NCBI GenBank assembly: GCA_964016885.1
Contig: OZ024744.1
Location: 103,106,001-103,170,000, forward strand
DNA from: Eledone cirrhosa
Lineage: Eukaryota
Direction of reading: 5' to 3'
DNA length: 64,000 nucleotides
Below, piece after piece: positions 15,001-30,000 of the stretch. Below the pieces are notes generated by a model, which saw nothing but the letters and a program-made list of their open reading frames with translations, did not search any database and was not told where the DNA came from. The position numbers and the translations under genes were made by a program. Position 1 is the stretch's first letter. Every line of letters begins with the position of its first letter.

Positions 15001-18000
15001 AAAAAATAGTCATTCCACTGTTTAAACTGGTTCTGTTGCCATGAAACTAAAAAGTAACCAGTCTAGTCCTGTTGCCATGAAACTAAAAAATAGTCAGTCT
15101 ACTGTTTAAAGTGATCCTGCTGACATGAAAGTAAAAAGTATCCAGTCTACTGTTTAAAGTGGTCCTGCTGCCATGAAACTAAAAAGTAACCAGTCTACTG
15201 TTTAAAGTGATCCTGCAGCCATGAAACTAAAGAGTAACCAGTCTACTATTTAAAGTGGTCCTGCTGCCATGAAACTAAAAAGTAACCAGTCTACTGTTTA
15301 AAGTGGCCCTGCTGCCATGGAACTAAAAAGTAGTCAGTCCACTGTTTAAAGTGGTCCTGCTGCCATGAAACTAAAAAGTAACCAGTCTACTGTTTAAAGT
15401 GATCCTGCTGCCATGAAACTAAAACGTAGTCAGTCCACCGTTTAAAGTGGTCCTGCTGCCATGAAACTAAAAAGTAGTCAGTCTACTGTTTAAAGTGGTC
15501 CTGCTGCCATGAAACTAAAAATAGTCAGTCTACTTTTTAAATTAGTCCTGCTGCCATGAAACTAAAAAGTAGTCACTCTACTGTTTAAAGTGGTCCTGTT
15601 ACCATGAAACTAAAAAGTAACTAGTACACTGTTTAAAGTGGTCCTGTTGCCATGAAACTAAAATATAGTCAGTCCACTGTTTAAAGTGATCCTGCTGCCA
15701 TGAAACTAAAAAGTAGTAAGTCTACTGTTTAAAGTTGTCCTGTTGCCATGAAAGTAAAAAGTAGTCAGTCTACTGTTTACAGTGGTCCTGTTGCCATGAA
15801 ACTAAAAAGTAGTCAGTCTACTGTTTAAAGTGGTCCTGCTGCCATGAAACTAAAAAGTAGTCAGTCTACTGCTTAAAGTGGTCCTGCTGCCATGAAATTA
15901 AAAAGTAACCAGTCTACTGTTTCAGGTGGTCCTGCTGCCATGGAACTAAAAAGTAGTCAGTCTACTGTTTAAAGTGGTCCTGCTGCCATGAAACTAAAAA
16001 GTAGTCAGTCTACTGCTTAAAGTGATCCTGCTGCCATGAAACTAAAAAGTAACCAGTCCACTGTTTAATGTAGTCCTACTGCCATGAAACTAAAAAGTAG
16101 TGAGTCCACTGTTTAAAGTGTCCCTGTTGCCATGAAAATAAAAAGTAGTCGTTCTACTGTTTAAAGTGGTCCTGTTGCCATGAAACTAAAAAGTAACCAG
16201 TCTACTGTTTAAAGTGGTGCTGTTGCCATGAAACTAAAAAGGAAACAGTCTACTGTTTAAAGTGGTCCTGTTGCCATGAAACTAAAAAGTAGACAGTCTA
16301 CTGTTTAAAGTGGTCCTGTTGCCATGAAACTAAAGAGTAACCAGTCCACTGTTTAAAGTGGTGCTGATACCATGGAACTAAAAAGTAACCAGTCCACTGT
16401 TTAAATTGGTCCTGCTGCCATGAAACTAAAAAGTAGTCAGTCTACTGTTTAAAGTGGTCCTGTTGCCATGGAACTAAAAAATAGTCATTCCACTGTTTAA
16501 ACTGGTCCTGTTGCCATGAAACTAAAAAGTAACCAGTCTACTGTTCAAAGTGGTCCTGTTGCCATGAAACTAAAAAGTAACCAATCTACTGTTCAAAGTG
16601 GTCCTGTTGCCATGAAACTAAAATTAACCATTCTACTGTTCAAAGTGGTCCTGCTGCCATGACACTAAAAAGTAGTCAGTCTACTGTTTAAAGTGGTCCT
16701 GCTGCCATGAAACTAAAAAATAGTCATTCCACTGTTTAAAGTGGTCCTGCTGCTATGAAACTAAAAAGTAATCAGTCCACTGTTTAAACTGGTCCTGCTG
16801 CCATGAAACTAAAAAGTAACCAGTTCCACTGTTTAAAGTGGTCCTGCTGCCATGAAACTAAAAAGTAGTCAGTCTACTGTTTAAAGCAGTCTACTGTTTA
16901 AAGTGGTCCTGCTGCCATGAAACTAAAAAGTAACCAGTCCACTGTTTAAAGTGGTCCTGTTGCCATGAAACTAAAGAGTAACCAGTCCACTGTTTAAAGT
17001 GCTCCTGCTGCCATGAAACTAAAAAGTAGTCAGTCTACTGTTTAAAGTGGTCCTGCTGCCATGAAACTAAAAAGTAGTCAGTCTACTGTTTAAAGTGGTA
17101 CTGCTGCCATGAAACTAAAAAGTAGACAGTGTACTGTTTAAAGTGGTCCTGTTGCCATGAAACTAAAGAGTAACCAGTCCACTGTTTAAAGTGCTCCTGC
17201 TGCCATGAAACTAACAAGTAGTCAGTCTACTGTTTAAAGTGGTCCTGCTGCCATGAAACTAAAAAGTAGTCAGTCTACTGTTTAAAGTTGTCCTGCTGCC
17301 ATGAAACTAAAAAGGAACCAGTCTACTGTTTAAAGTGGTGCTGCTACCATGGAACTAAAAAGTAACCAGTCCACTGTTTAAAGTGGTCCTGCTGCCATGA
17401 AACTAAAAAGTAGTCAGTCTACTGTTTAAAGTGATCCTGCTGCCATGAAACTAAAAAATAGTCAGTCCACTGTTTAATCTGGTCCTGTTGCCATGAAACT
17501 AAAAAGTAACCAGTCTACTGTTCAAAGTGGTCCTGTTGCCATGAAACTAAAAAGTAGTCAGTCTACTGTTTAAAGTGGTCCTGCTGCCATGAAACTAAAA
17601 AGTAACCAGTCCACTGTTTAAAGTGGCCCTGTTGCCATGGAACTAAGAAGTAATCAGTCTACTGTTTAAAGTGGGCCTGCTGCCATGAAACTAAAAAGTA
17701 GTCAGTCTACTGTTTAAAGTGGTCCTGCTGCCATGAAACTAAAAAGTAGTCAGTCCACTGTTTAAACTGGTCCTGCTGCCATGAAACTAAAAAGTAACCA
17801 GTTCCACTGTTTAAACTGGTCCTGCTGCCATGAAACTAAAAAGTAGTCAGTCCACTGTTTAAACTGGTCCTGCTGCCATGAAACTAAAAAGTAACCAGTC
17901 TACTGCTTAAAGTGGTCCTGTTGCCATGAAACTAAAAATTAGTCAGTCTACTGTTTCAAGTGGTCCTGTTGCAATGAAACTAAAAAGTAGTCAGTCTACT

Positions 18001-21000
18001 GTTTAATGTGGTCCTGCTGCCATGAAACTAAAAAGTAGTGAGTCCACTGTTTAAAGTGGCCCTGTTGCCATGAAACTAAAAAGTAGTCAGTCCACTGTTT
18101 AAAGTGGCCCTGTTGCCATGAAACTAAAAAGTAGTCAGTCTACTGTTTAAAGTGGTCCTGCTGCCATGAAACTAAAAAATAATCATTCCACTGTTTAAAC
18201 TGGTTCTGTTGCCATGAAACTAAAAAGTAACCAGTCTACTGTTCAAAGTGGTCCTGTTGCCATGAAACTAAAAAATAGTCAGTCTACTGTTTAAAGTGAT
18301 CCTGCTGACATGAAACTAAAAAGTAGTCAGTCTACTGTTTAAAGTGGTCCTGCTGCCATGAAACTAAAAAGTAACTAGTCTACTGTTTAAAGTGATCCTG
18401 CTGCCATGAAACTAAACATTAGTCCGTCCACTGTTTAAAGTGGTCCTGCTGCCATGAGACTAAAAAGTAGTCAGTCTACTGTTTAAAGTGGTCCTGCTGC
18501 CATGAAACTAAAAAGTAGTCCGTCTACTGTTTAAAGTGGTCCTGTTGCCATGAAACTAAAAAGTAGTCAGTCTACTGTTTAAAGTGGTCCTGTTGCCATG
18601 AAACTAAAAAGTAGTCAGTCTACTGCTTAAAGTGGTCCTGCTGCCATGAAACTAAAAAGTAGTCAGTCTACTGTTTAAAGTGGTCCTGCTGCTACGAAAC
18701 TAAAAAGTAGTCAGTCTACTGCTTAAAGTGGTCCTGCTGCCATGAAACTAAAAAGTAATCAGTCTACTGTTTAAAGTGATCCTGCTGACATGAAACTAAA
18801 AAGTAGTCAGTCTACTGTTTAAAGTGGTCCTGCTGCCATGAAACTAAAAAGTAACCAGTCTACTGTTTAAAGTGATCCTGCTCCCATGAAACTAAAAAGT
18901 AGTCAGTCTACTGTTGAAAGTGGTCCTGCTTCCATGAAACTAAAAAGTAACCAGTCTACTGTTTAAAGTGATCCTGCTCCCATGAAACTAAAAAGTAGTC
19001 AGTCTACTGTTGAAAGTGGTCCTGCTTCCATGAAACTAAAAAGTAACCAGTCTACTGTTTAAAGTGGCCCTGCTGCCATGAAACTAAAAAGTAACCAGTC
19101 TACTGTTTAAAGTGATCCTGCTGCCATGAAACTAAAAAGTAGTCAGTCCATATTTAAAGTGGTCCTGCTGCCATGAAACTAAAAAGGAGTCAGTCTACTG
19201 TTTAAAGTGGTCCTGCTGCCATGAAACTAAAAAGTAGTCACTCTACTGTTTAAAGTGGTCCTGTTGCCATGAAACTAGTAAGTAACTAGTACACTGTTTA
19301 AAGTGGTCCTGTTGCCATGCAACTAGTAAGTAACTAGTACACTGTTTAAAGTGATCCTGCTGCCATGAAACTAAAAAGTAGTCAGTCCGCTGTTTAAAGT
19401 GGTCCTGCTGCCATGAAACTAAAAAGTAGTCAGTCCACTGTTCAAAGTGGCCCTGCTGCCAGGAAACTAAAAAGTAGTCAGTCTACTGTTTAAAGTGATC
19501 CTGCTGACATGAAACTAAAAATTAGTCAGTCTACTGTCTAAAGTGGTCCTGTTGCCATGAAACTAAAAAGTAGTCAGTCTACTGTTTAAACTGGTCCTGC
19601 TGCCATGAAACTAAAAAGTGACCAGTCTACTGCTTAAAGTGGTCCTGCTGCCATGAAACTTGAAAGTAGTTACTCTACTGTTTAATGTAGTCCTGCTGCC
19701 ATGTAACTAAAAGGTAACCAGTCTACTGTTTAAAGTGGTCCTACTGCCATGAAACTAAAAAATAGTCAGTCAACTGTTTAAACTGGTCCTGTTGCCATTA
19801 AACTAAAAAGTAACCAGTCTACTGTTTAAAGTGGTCCTGCTGCAATGAAACTAAAAAGTAGTCAGTCTACTGGTTAAAGTCGTCCTGCTGACATGAAACG
19901 AAAAAGTAGTCAGCCTTCAGTTTAAAGTGGTCCTGTTGCCATGAAACTAAAAATTAGTTAGTCCACTGTTTAAAGTGGTCCTGCTGCCATTAAATTAAAA
20001 AGTAACCAGTCTACTGCTTAAAGTGGTCCTGCTGCCATGAAACTAAAAAGTAGTCAGTCTACTGTTAAAAGTAGTCCTGTTGTCATGAAACGAAACATTA
20101 GTCAGTCTACTGCTTAAAGTGGTCCTGTTGCCATGAAACTAAAGAGTAACCTGTCCACTGTTTAAAGTGGTCCTGCTGACATGGAACTAAAAAGTAGTCA
20201 GTCTACTGTTTAAAGTGGTCCTACTGCCATGAAACTGAAAAGTAGTCAGTCTACTGTTTAAAGTGGTCCTGCTGTCATGAAACTGAAAAGTAGTCAGTCT
20301 ACTGTTTAAAGTGGTCCTACTGCCATGAAACTAAAAAATAGTCAGTCAACTGTTTAAACTGGTCCTGTTGCCATTAAACTAAAAAGTAACCAGTCTACTG
20401 TTTAAAGTGGTCCTGCTGCCATGAAACTAAAAAGTAGTCAGTCTACTGGTTAAAGTGGTCCTGTTGCCATTAAATTAAAAAGTAACCAGTCTACTGCTTA
20501 AAATGATCCTGCAGCCATGAAACTAAAGAGTAACCAGTCTACTGTTTAAAGTGATCCTGCTGCCATGAAACTAAAAAATAGTCAGTCCACTGTTTAAAGT
20601 GGCCCTCCTGCCATGAATCTGAAAAGTGCCCAATCTACCGTGTAAGATGGCCTTGCTGGTGTTTAAAGTGGTCCTGCTGCCATGAAACTAAAAAGTAGTC
20701 GGTCCATGTTTACAGTGGTCCTGCTGCCATGAAACTAAAAAGTAGTCAGTCTACTGCTTAAAGTGATCCTGCTGCCATGAAACTAAAAAGTAGTCAGTCT
20801 ACTGTTTAAAGTGGTCCTGCTGCCATGAAACTAAAAAGTAGTCTGTCTACTGTTTAAAGTGGTCCTGCTGCCATGAAACTAAAAAGTAGTCAGTCTACTG
20901 TTTAAAGTGGTCTTGCTGCCATGAAACTAAAAAATTACTAGTACACTGTTTAATGTGGTCCTGCTGCCATGAAACTAAAAGGTAACCAGTCTACTATTTA

Positions 21001-24000
21001 AAGTGGTCCTGCTCCATGAAAATAAAAAGTAGTCAGTCCACTGTTTAAAGTGGTCCTGCTGCCATGAAAGTAAAAAGTAGTAAGTCTACTGTTTAAAGTG
21101 GTCCTGCTGCCATGAAACTAAAAAGTAGCCAGTCTACTGTTTAAAGTGGTTCTGCTGCCATGAAAGTAAAAAGTTGTCAGTCAACTGTTTAAAGTGGTCC
21201 TGCTGTCATGAAACTAAAAAGTAGTCAGTCCACTGTTTAAAGTGGTGCTGCTGCCATGAAACTAAAAAGTAACCAGTCCACTGTTTAAAGTGGTCCTGTT
21301 GCCATGAAACTAAAGAGTAACCAGTCCACTGTTTAAAGTGCTCCTGCTGCCATGAAACTAAAAAGTAGTCAGTCTACTGTTTAAAGTGGTCCTGCTGCCA
21401 TGAAACTAAAAAGTAGTCAGTCTACTGTTTAAAGTGGTACTGCTGCCATGAAACTAAAAAGTAGACAGTGTACTGTTTAAAGTGGTCCTGTTGCCATGAA
21501 ACTAAAGAGTAACCAGTCCACTGTTTAAAGTGCTCCTGCTGCCATGAAACTAACAAGTAGTCAGTCTACTGTTTAAAGTGGTCCTGCTGCCATGAAACTA
21601 AAAAGTAGTCAGTCTACTGTTTAAAGTTGTCCTGCTGCCATGAAACTAAAAAGGAACCAGTCTACTGTTTAAAGTGGTGCTGCTACCATGGAACTAAAAA
21701 GTAACCAGTCCACTGTTTAAAGTGGTCCTGCTGCCATGAAACTAAAAAGTAGTCAGTCTACTGTTTAAAGTGATCCTGCTGCCATGAAACTAAAAAATAG
21801 TCAGTCCACTGTTTAATCTGGTCCTGTTGCCATGAAACTAAAAAGTAACCAGTCTACTGTTCAAAGTGGTCCTGTTGCCATGAAACTAAAAAGTAGTCAG
21901 TCTACTGTTTAAAGTGGTCCTGCTGCCATGAAACTAAAAAGTAACCAGTCCACTGTTTAAAGTGGCCCTGTTGCCATGGAACTAAGAAGTAATCAGTCTA
22001 CTGTTTAAAGTGGGCCTGCTGCCATGAAACTAAAAAGTAGTCAGTCTACTGTTTAAAGTGGTCCTGCTGCCATGAAACTAAAAAGTAGTCAGTCCACTGT
22101 TTAAACTGGTCCTGCTGCCATGAAACTAAAAAGTAACCAGTTCCACTGTTTAAACTGGTCCTGCTGCCATGAAACTAAAAAGTAGTCAGTCCACTGTTTA
22201 AACTGGTCCTGCTGCCATGAAACTAAAAAGTAACCAGTCTACTGCTTAAAGTGGTCCTGTTGCCATGAAACTAAAAATTAGTCAGTCTACTGTTTCAAGT
22301 GGTCCTGTTGCAATGAAACTAAAAAGTAGTCAGTCTACTGTTTAATGTGGTCCTGCTGCCATGAAACTAAAAAGTAGTGAGTCCACTGTTTAAAGTGGCC
22401 CTGTTGCCATGAAACTAAAAAGTAGTCAGTCCACTGTTTAAAGTGGCCCTGTTGCCATGAAACTAAAAAGTAGTCAGTCTACTGTTTAAAGTGGTCCTGC
22501 TGCCATGAAACTAAAAAATAATCATTCCACTGTTTAAACTGGTTCTGTTGCCATGAAACTAAAAAGTAACCAGTCTACTGTTCAAAGTGGTCCTGTTGCC
22601 ATGAAACTAAAAAATAGTCAGTCTACTGTTTAAAGTGATCCTGCTGACATGAAACTAAAAAGTAGTCAGTCTACTGTTTAAAGTGGTCCTGCTGCCATGA
22701 AACTAAAAAGTAACTAGTCTACTGTTTAAAGTGATCCTGCTGCCATGAAACTAAACATTAGTCCGTCCACTGTTTAAAGTGGTCCTGCTGCCATGAGACT
22801 AAAAAGTAGTCAGTCTACTGTTTAAAGTGGTCCTGCTGCCATGAAACTAAAAAGTAGTCCGTCTACTGTTTAAAGTGGTCCTGTTGCCATGAAACTAAAA
22901 AGTAGTCAGTCTACTGTTTAAAGTGGTCCTGTTGCCATGAAACTAAAAAGTAGTCAGTCTACTGCTTAAAGTGGTCCTGCTGCCATGAAACTAAAAAGTA
23001 GTCAGTCTACTGTTTAAAGTGGTCCTGCTGCTACGAAACTAAAAAGTAGTCAGTCTACTGCTTAAAGTGGTCCTGCTGCCATGAAACTAAAAAGTAATCA
23101 GTCTACTGTTTAAAGTGATCCTGCTGACATGAAACTAAAAAGTAGTCAGTCTACTGTTTAAAGTGGTCCTGCTGCCATGAAACTAAAAAGTAACCAGTCT
23201 ACTGTTTAAAGTGATCCTGCTCCCATGAAACTAAAAAGTAGTCAGTCTACTGTTGAAAGTGGTCCTGCTTCCATGAAACTAAAAAGTAACCAGTCTACTG
23301 TTTAAAGTGATCCTGCTCCCATGAAACTAAAAAGTAGTCAGTCTACTGTTGAAAGTGGTCCTGCTTCCATGAAACTAAAAAGTAACCAGTCTACTGTTTA
23401 AAGTGGCCCTGCTGCCATGAAACTAAAAAGTAACCAGTCTACTGTTTAAAGTGATCCTGCTGCCATGAAACTAAAAAGTAGTCAGTCCATATTTAAAGTG
23501 GTCCTGCTGCCATGAAACTAAAAAGGAGTCAGTCTACTGTTTAAAGTGGTCCTGCTGCCATGAAACTAAAAAGTAGTCACTCTACTGTTTAAAGTGGTCC
23601 TGTTGCCATGAAACTAGTAAGTAACTAGTACACTGTTTAAAGTGGTCCTGTTGCCATGCAACTAGTAAGTAACTAGTACACTGTTTAAAGTGATCCTGCT
23701 GCCATGAAACTAAAAAGTAGTCAGTCCGCTGTTTAAAGTGGTCCTGCTGCCATGAAACTAAAAAGTAGTCAGTCCACTGTTCAAAGTGGCCCTGCTGCCA
23801 GGAAACTAAAAAGTAGTCAGTCTACTGTTTAAAGTGATCCTGCTGACATGAAACTAAAAATTAGTCAGTCTACTGTCTAAAGTGGTCCTGTTGCCATGAA
23901 ACTAAAAAGTAGTCAGTCTACTGTTTAAACTGGTCCTGCTGCCATGAAACTAAAAAGTGACCAGTCTACTGCTTAAAGTGGTCCTGCTGCCATGAAACTT

Positions 24001-27000
24001 GAAAGTAGTTACTCTACTGTTTAATGTAGTCCTGCTGCCATGTAACTAAAAGGTAACCAGTCTACTGTTTAAAGTGGTCCTACTGCCATGAAACTAAAAA
24101 ATAGTCAGTCAACTGTTTAAACTGGTCCTGTTGCCATTAAACTAAAAAGTAACCAGTCTACTGTTTAAAGTGGTCCTGCTGCAATGAAACTAAAAAGTAG
24201 TCAGTCTACTGGTTAAAGTCGTCCTGCTGACATGAAACGAAAAAGTAGTCAGCCTTCAGTTTAAAGTGGTCCTGTTGCCATGAAACTAAAAATTAGTTAG
24301 TCCACTGTTTAAAGTGGTCCTGCTGCCATTAAATTAAAAAGTAACCAGTCTACTGCTTAAAGTGGTCCTGCTGCCATGAAACTAAAAAGTAGTCAGTCTA
24401 CTGTTAAAAGTAGTCCTGTTGTCATGAAACGAAACATTAGTCAGTCTACTGCTTAAAGTGGTCCTGTTGCCATGAAACTAAAGAGTAACCTGTCCACTGT
24501 TTAAAGTGGTCCTGCTGACATGGAACTAAAAAGTAGTCAGTCTACTGTTTAAAGTGGTCCTACTGCCATGAAACTGAAAAGTAGTCAGTCTACTGTTTAA
24601 AGTGGTCCTGCTGTCATGAAACTGAAAAGTAGTCAGTCTACTGTTTAAAGTGGTCCTACTGCCATGAAACTAAAAAATAGTCAGTCAACTGTTTAAACTG
24701 GTCCTGTTGCCATTAAACTAAAAAGTAACCAGTCTACTGTTTAAAGTGGTCCTGCTGCCATGAAACTAAAAAGTAGTCAGTCTACTGGTTAAAGTGGTCC
24801 TGTTGCCATTAAATTAAAAAGTAACCAGTCTACTGCTTAAAATGATCCTGCAGCCATGAAACTAAAGAGTAACCAGTCTACTGTTTAAAGTGATCCTGCT
24901 GCCATGAAACTAAAAAATAGTCAGTCCACTGTTTAAAGTGGCCCTCCTGCCATGAATCTGAAAAGTGCCCAATCTACCGTGTAAGATGGCCTTGCTGGTG
25001 TTTAAAGTGGTCCTGCTGCCATGAAACTAAAAAGTAGTCGGTCCATGTTTACAGTGGTCCTGCTGCCATGAAACTAAAAAGTAGTCAGTCTACTGCTTAA
25101 AGTGATCCTGCTGCCATGAAACTAAAAAGTAGTCAGTCTACTGTTTAAAGTGGTCCTGCTGCCATGAAACTAAAAAGTAGTCTGTCTACTGTTTAAAGTG
25201 GTCCTGCTGCCATGAAACTAAAAAGTAGTCAGTCTACTGTTTAAAGTGGTCTTGCTGCCATGAAACTAAAAAATTACTAGTACACTGTTTAATGTGGTCC
25301 TGCTGCCATGAAACTAAAAGGTAACCAGTCTACTATTTAAAGTGGTCCTGCTCCATGAAAATAAAAAGTAGTCAGTCCACTGTTTAAAGTGGTCCTGCTG
25401 CCATGAAAGTAAAAAGTAGTAAGTCTACTGTTTAAAGTGGTCCTGCTGCCATGAAACTAAAAAGTAGCCAGTCTACTGTTTAAAGTGGTCCTGCTGTCAT
25501 GAAACTAAAAAGTAGTCAGTCCACTGTTTAAAGTGGTGCTGCTGCCATGAAACTAAAAAGTAACCAGTCTACTGCTTAAAGTGGTCCTGCTGCCATGAAA
25601 CTAAAAAGTAGTCAGTCTACTGTTTAATGTGGTCCTGCTGCCATGAAACTAAAAGGTAACCAGTCTACTGCTTAAAGTGGTCCTGCTGCCATGAAACAAA
25701 AAAGTAACCAGTCTACTGCTTAAAGTGGTCCTGTTGCCATGAAACTAAAAAGTAGTCAGTCTACTGTTTAAAGTGGTCCTGTTGCCATGAAACTAAAAAG
25801 TAGTCAGTCTACTGTTTAAAGTGGTCCTGCTGCCATGAAACTAAAAAGTAGTCAGTCTACTGTTTAAAGTTGTCCTGCTGCCATGGAACTAAAAAGTAAT
25901 CAGTCTACTGTTTAAAGTGGTCCTGCTGCCATGAAACTAAAAAGTAGTCAGTCCACTGTTTAAAGTGGTCCTACTGCCATGAAACTAAAAAGTCACCAGT
26001 CTACTGTTTAAAGTGGTCCTGTTGCCATGAAACTAAAAAGTAACCAGTCTACTGCTTAAAGTGGTCCTTTTGCCATGAAACTAAAAAGTAGTCAGTCCAC
26101 TGTTTAAAGTGGTCCTGCTGCCATGAAAGTAAAAAGTAGTAATCTACCGTTTAAAGTGGTCCTGTTGCCATGAAACTAAAAAGTAGTTAGTCCACTGTTT
26201 AAAGTGATTCTGCTGCTATGAAACTAAAAAGTAACCAGTCTACTGCTTAAAGTGGTCCTTTTGCCATGAAACTAAAAAGTAGTCAGTCTACTGTTTAAAG
26301 TGGTCCTGTTACCATGAAACTAAAAAGTAGTCAGTCTACTGTTTAAAGTGGTCCTGCTGCCATGAAACTAAAAAGTTGTCAGTCTACTGTTTAAACTGGT
26401 CCTGTTGCCATGCAACTAAAAAGTAACCAGTTTACTGTTTAAAGTGGTCCTGCTGCCATGAAACTAAAACATAACTAGTACACTGTTTAAAGTGGTCCTT
26501 TTGCTATGAAACTAAAAAGTAGTCAGCCTTCTGTTTAAAGTGGTCCTGTTGCCATGAAACTAAAAAGTAGTTAGTCCACTGTTTAAAGTGGTCCTGCTGC
26601 CATGAAACTAAAAATAACCAGTCTACTGCTTAAAGTGGTGCTGTTGCCATGAAACTAAAAAGTAGTCAGTCTACTGTTTAAAGTGGTCCTGTTGCCATGT
26701 AACTAAAAAGTAACCAGACTACTGTTTAAAGTGGTCCTGCTGCCATGAAACGAAAAACTAACCAGTCTACTGTTTAAAGTGGTCGTGTTGCCATGAAACT
26801 AAAAAGTCACCAATCTACTGTTTAAAGTGGTCCTGCTGCCATGAAACGAAAAACTAACCAGTCTACTGTTTAAAGTGATCCTGCAGCCATGAAACTAAAA
26901 AATAGTCAGTCCACTGTTAAACGTGGCCCTCCTGCCATGAATCTGAAAAGTGCCCAATGTACCCTGTAAGATGGCCTTGCTGGTGTTTAAAGTGGTCCTG

Positions 27001-30000
27001 CTGCCATGAAACGAAAAAGTAACCAGTCCACTGTTTGAAGTGGTCTTCCTGCCATGAAACTAAAAAGTAACCAGTCCACTGTTTAAAGTGGTCCTCCTGC
27101 CATGAAACTAAAAAGTAGTCAGTCTACTGTTTAAAGTGGTCCTGCTGCCATGAAACTAAAAAGTAACCAGTCTACTGTTTAAACTGGTCCTGTTGCCATG
27201 CAACTAAAAAGTAACTAGTACACTGCTTAAAGTGGTCCGTTTGCCCTGAAACTAAAAATTAGTCAGTCCACTGTTTAAAGTGGTCCTGTTGCCATGAAAC
27301 TAAAAAGTAGTCAGTCTACTATTTAAAGTGGTCCTGCTGCCATGAAACTAAAAAGTAGTCAGTCTACTGTTTAAAGTGGTCCTGATGCCATGGAACTAAA
27401 AAGTAATCAGTCTACTGTTTAAAGTGGTCCTGCTGCCATGAAACTAAAAAGTAGTCAGTCCACTGTTTAAAGTGGTCCTGCTGCCATGAAACTAAAAAGT
27501 CACCAGTCTACTGTTTAAAGTGGTCCTGTTGCCATGAAACTAAAAAGTAACCAGTCTACTGCTTAAAGTGGTCCTTTGCCATGAAACTAAAAAGTAGTCA
27601 GTCCACTGTTTAAAGTGGTCCTGCTGCCATGAAAGTAAAAAGTAGTAAGTCTACCGTTTAAAGTGGTCCTGTTGCCATGAAACTAAAAAGTAGTTAGTCC
27701 ACTGTTTAAAGTGATTCTGCTGCTATGAAACTAAAAAGTAACCAGTCTACTGCTTAAAGTGGTCCTTTTGCCATGAAACTAAAAAGTAGTCAGTCTACTG
27801 TTTAAAGTGGTCCTGCTGCCATGAAACTAAAAAGTAGTCAGTCTACTGTTTAAAGTGGTCGTGCATCCATGAAACTAAAAAGTAACCAGTCCACTGTTTA
27901 AAGTGGTCCTGCTGCCATGAAACTAAAAGGTAACCAGTCTACTGCTTAAAGTGGTCCTGCTGCCATGAAACAAAAGTTAGTCAGTCCACTGTTTAAAGTG
28001 GTCCTGTTGCCATGAAACTAAAACGTAACCAGTCCACTGTTTAAAGTGGTCCTGCTGCCATGAAACTAAAAAGTAACCAGTCTACTGCTTAAAGTGGTTC
28101 TGTTGCCATGAAACTAATAAGTAACCAGTCTACTGTTTAAAGTGCTCCTGCTGCCATCAAACTAAAATTTAGTCAGTCCATGTTTAAAGTGGTCCTGCTG
28201 CCATGAAACTAAAAAGTAGTCAGTCTTCTGTTTAAAGTGGTCCTGTTGCCATGAAACTAAAAAGTCGTCAGTCTTCTGTTTAAAGTGGTCCTGTTGCCAT
28301 GAAACTAAAAAGTAGTCAGTCTACTGTTTAAAGTGGTCCTGCTGCCATGGAACTAAAAAGTAATCAGTCTACTGTTTAAAGTGGTCCTGCTGCCATGAAA
28401 CTAAAAAGTAGTCAGTCCACTGTTTAAAGTGGTCCTGCTGCCATGAAACTAAAAAGTCACCAGTCTACTGTTTAAAGTGGTCCTGTTGCCATGAAACTAA
28501 AAAGTAACCAGTCTACTACTTAAAGTGGTCCTTTGCCATGAAACTAAAAAGTAGTCAGTCCACTGTTTAAAGTGGTCCTGCTGCCATGAAAGTAAAAAGT
28601 AGTAAGTCTACCGTTTAAAGTGGTCCTGTTGCCATGAAACTAAAAAGTAGTTAGTCCACTGTTTAAAGTGATTCTGCTGCTATGAAACTAAAAAGTAACC
28701 AGTCTACTGCTTAAAGTGGTCCTTTTGCCATGAAACTAAAAAGTAGTCAGTCTACTGTTTAAAGTGGTCCTGCTGCCATGAAACTAAAAAGTTGTCAGTC
28801 TACTGTTTAAACTGGTCCTGTTGCCATGCAACTAAAAAGTAACCAGTTTACTGTTTAAAGTGGTCCTGCTGCCATGAAACTAAAAAGTAATCAGTCTACT
28901 GTTTAAAGTGGTCGCGCATCCCTGAAACTAAAAAGTAACCAGTCCACTGTTTAAAGTGGTCCTGCTGCCATGAAACTAAAAAGTAACCAGTCTACTGCTT
29001 AAAGTGGTCCTGCTGCCATGAAACAAAAGTTAGTCAGTCCACTGTTTAAAGTGGTCCTGCTGCCATGAAACTAAAACGTAACCAGTCCACTGTTTAAAGT
29101 GGTCCTGCTTCCATGAAACTAAAAAGTAACCAGTCTACTGCTTAAAGTGGTTCTGTTGCCATGAAACTAAAAAGTAACCAGTCTACTGTTTAAAGTGGTC
29201 CTGTTGCCATGAATCTAAAAAGTAACCAGTCCACTGTTTAAAGTGCTCCTGCTGCCATCAAACTAAAATTTAGTCAGTCCATGTTTAAAGTGGTCCTGAT
29301 GCCATGAGACTAAAAAGTAGTCAGTCTACTGTTTAAAGTGGTCCTGCTGCCATGAAACTAAAAAGTAACCAATCTACTGTTTAAAGTGGTCCTGCTGCCA
29401 TGAAACTAAAAAGTAGTCAGTCTACTGTTTAAAGTGGTTCTGCTGCCATGAAACTAAAAAGTAGTCAGTCCATGTTTAAAGTGGTCCTGCTGCCATGAAA
29501 CTAAAAAGTAGTCAGTCTACTGTTTAATGTGGTCCTGCTGCCATGAAACTAAAAAGTAGTCAGTCTACTGTTTAAAGTGGTCCTACTGCCATGAAACTAA
29601 AAAGAAGTCAGTCCACTGTTTAATGTGGTCCTGCTGCCATGAAACTAAAAAGAAGTCAGTCTACTGTTTAAAGTGGTCCTGCTGCCATGAAACTTGAAAG
29701 TAGTCAGTCTACTGTTTAAAGTGGTCCTGCTGCCATGAAACTAAAAATTAACCAGTCCACTGTTTAAAGTGGTCCTGCTGCCATGAAACTAAAAATTAAC
29801 CAGTCCACTGTTTAAAGTGGTCCTGCTGCCATGAAACTAAAAAGTAGTCAGTCTACTGTTTAAAGTGGTCCTGCTGCCATGAAACTTGAAAGTAGTCAGT
29901 CTACTGTTTAAAGTGGTCCTGCTGCCATGAAACTAAAAATTAACCAGTCCACTGTTTAAAGTGGTCCTGCTGCCATGAAACTAAAAATTAACCAGTCCAC

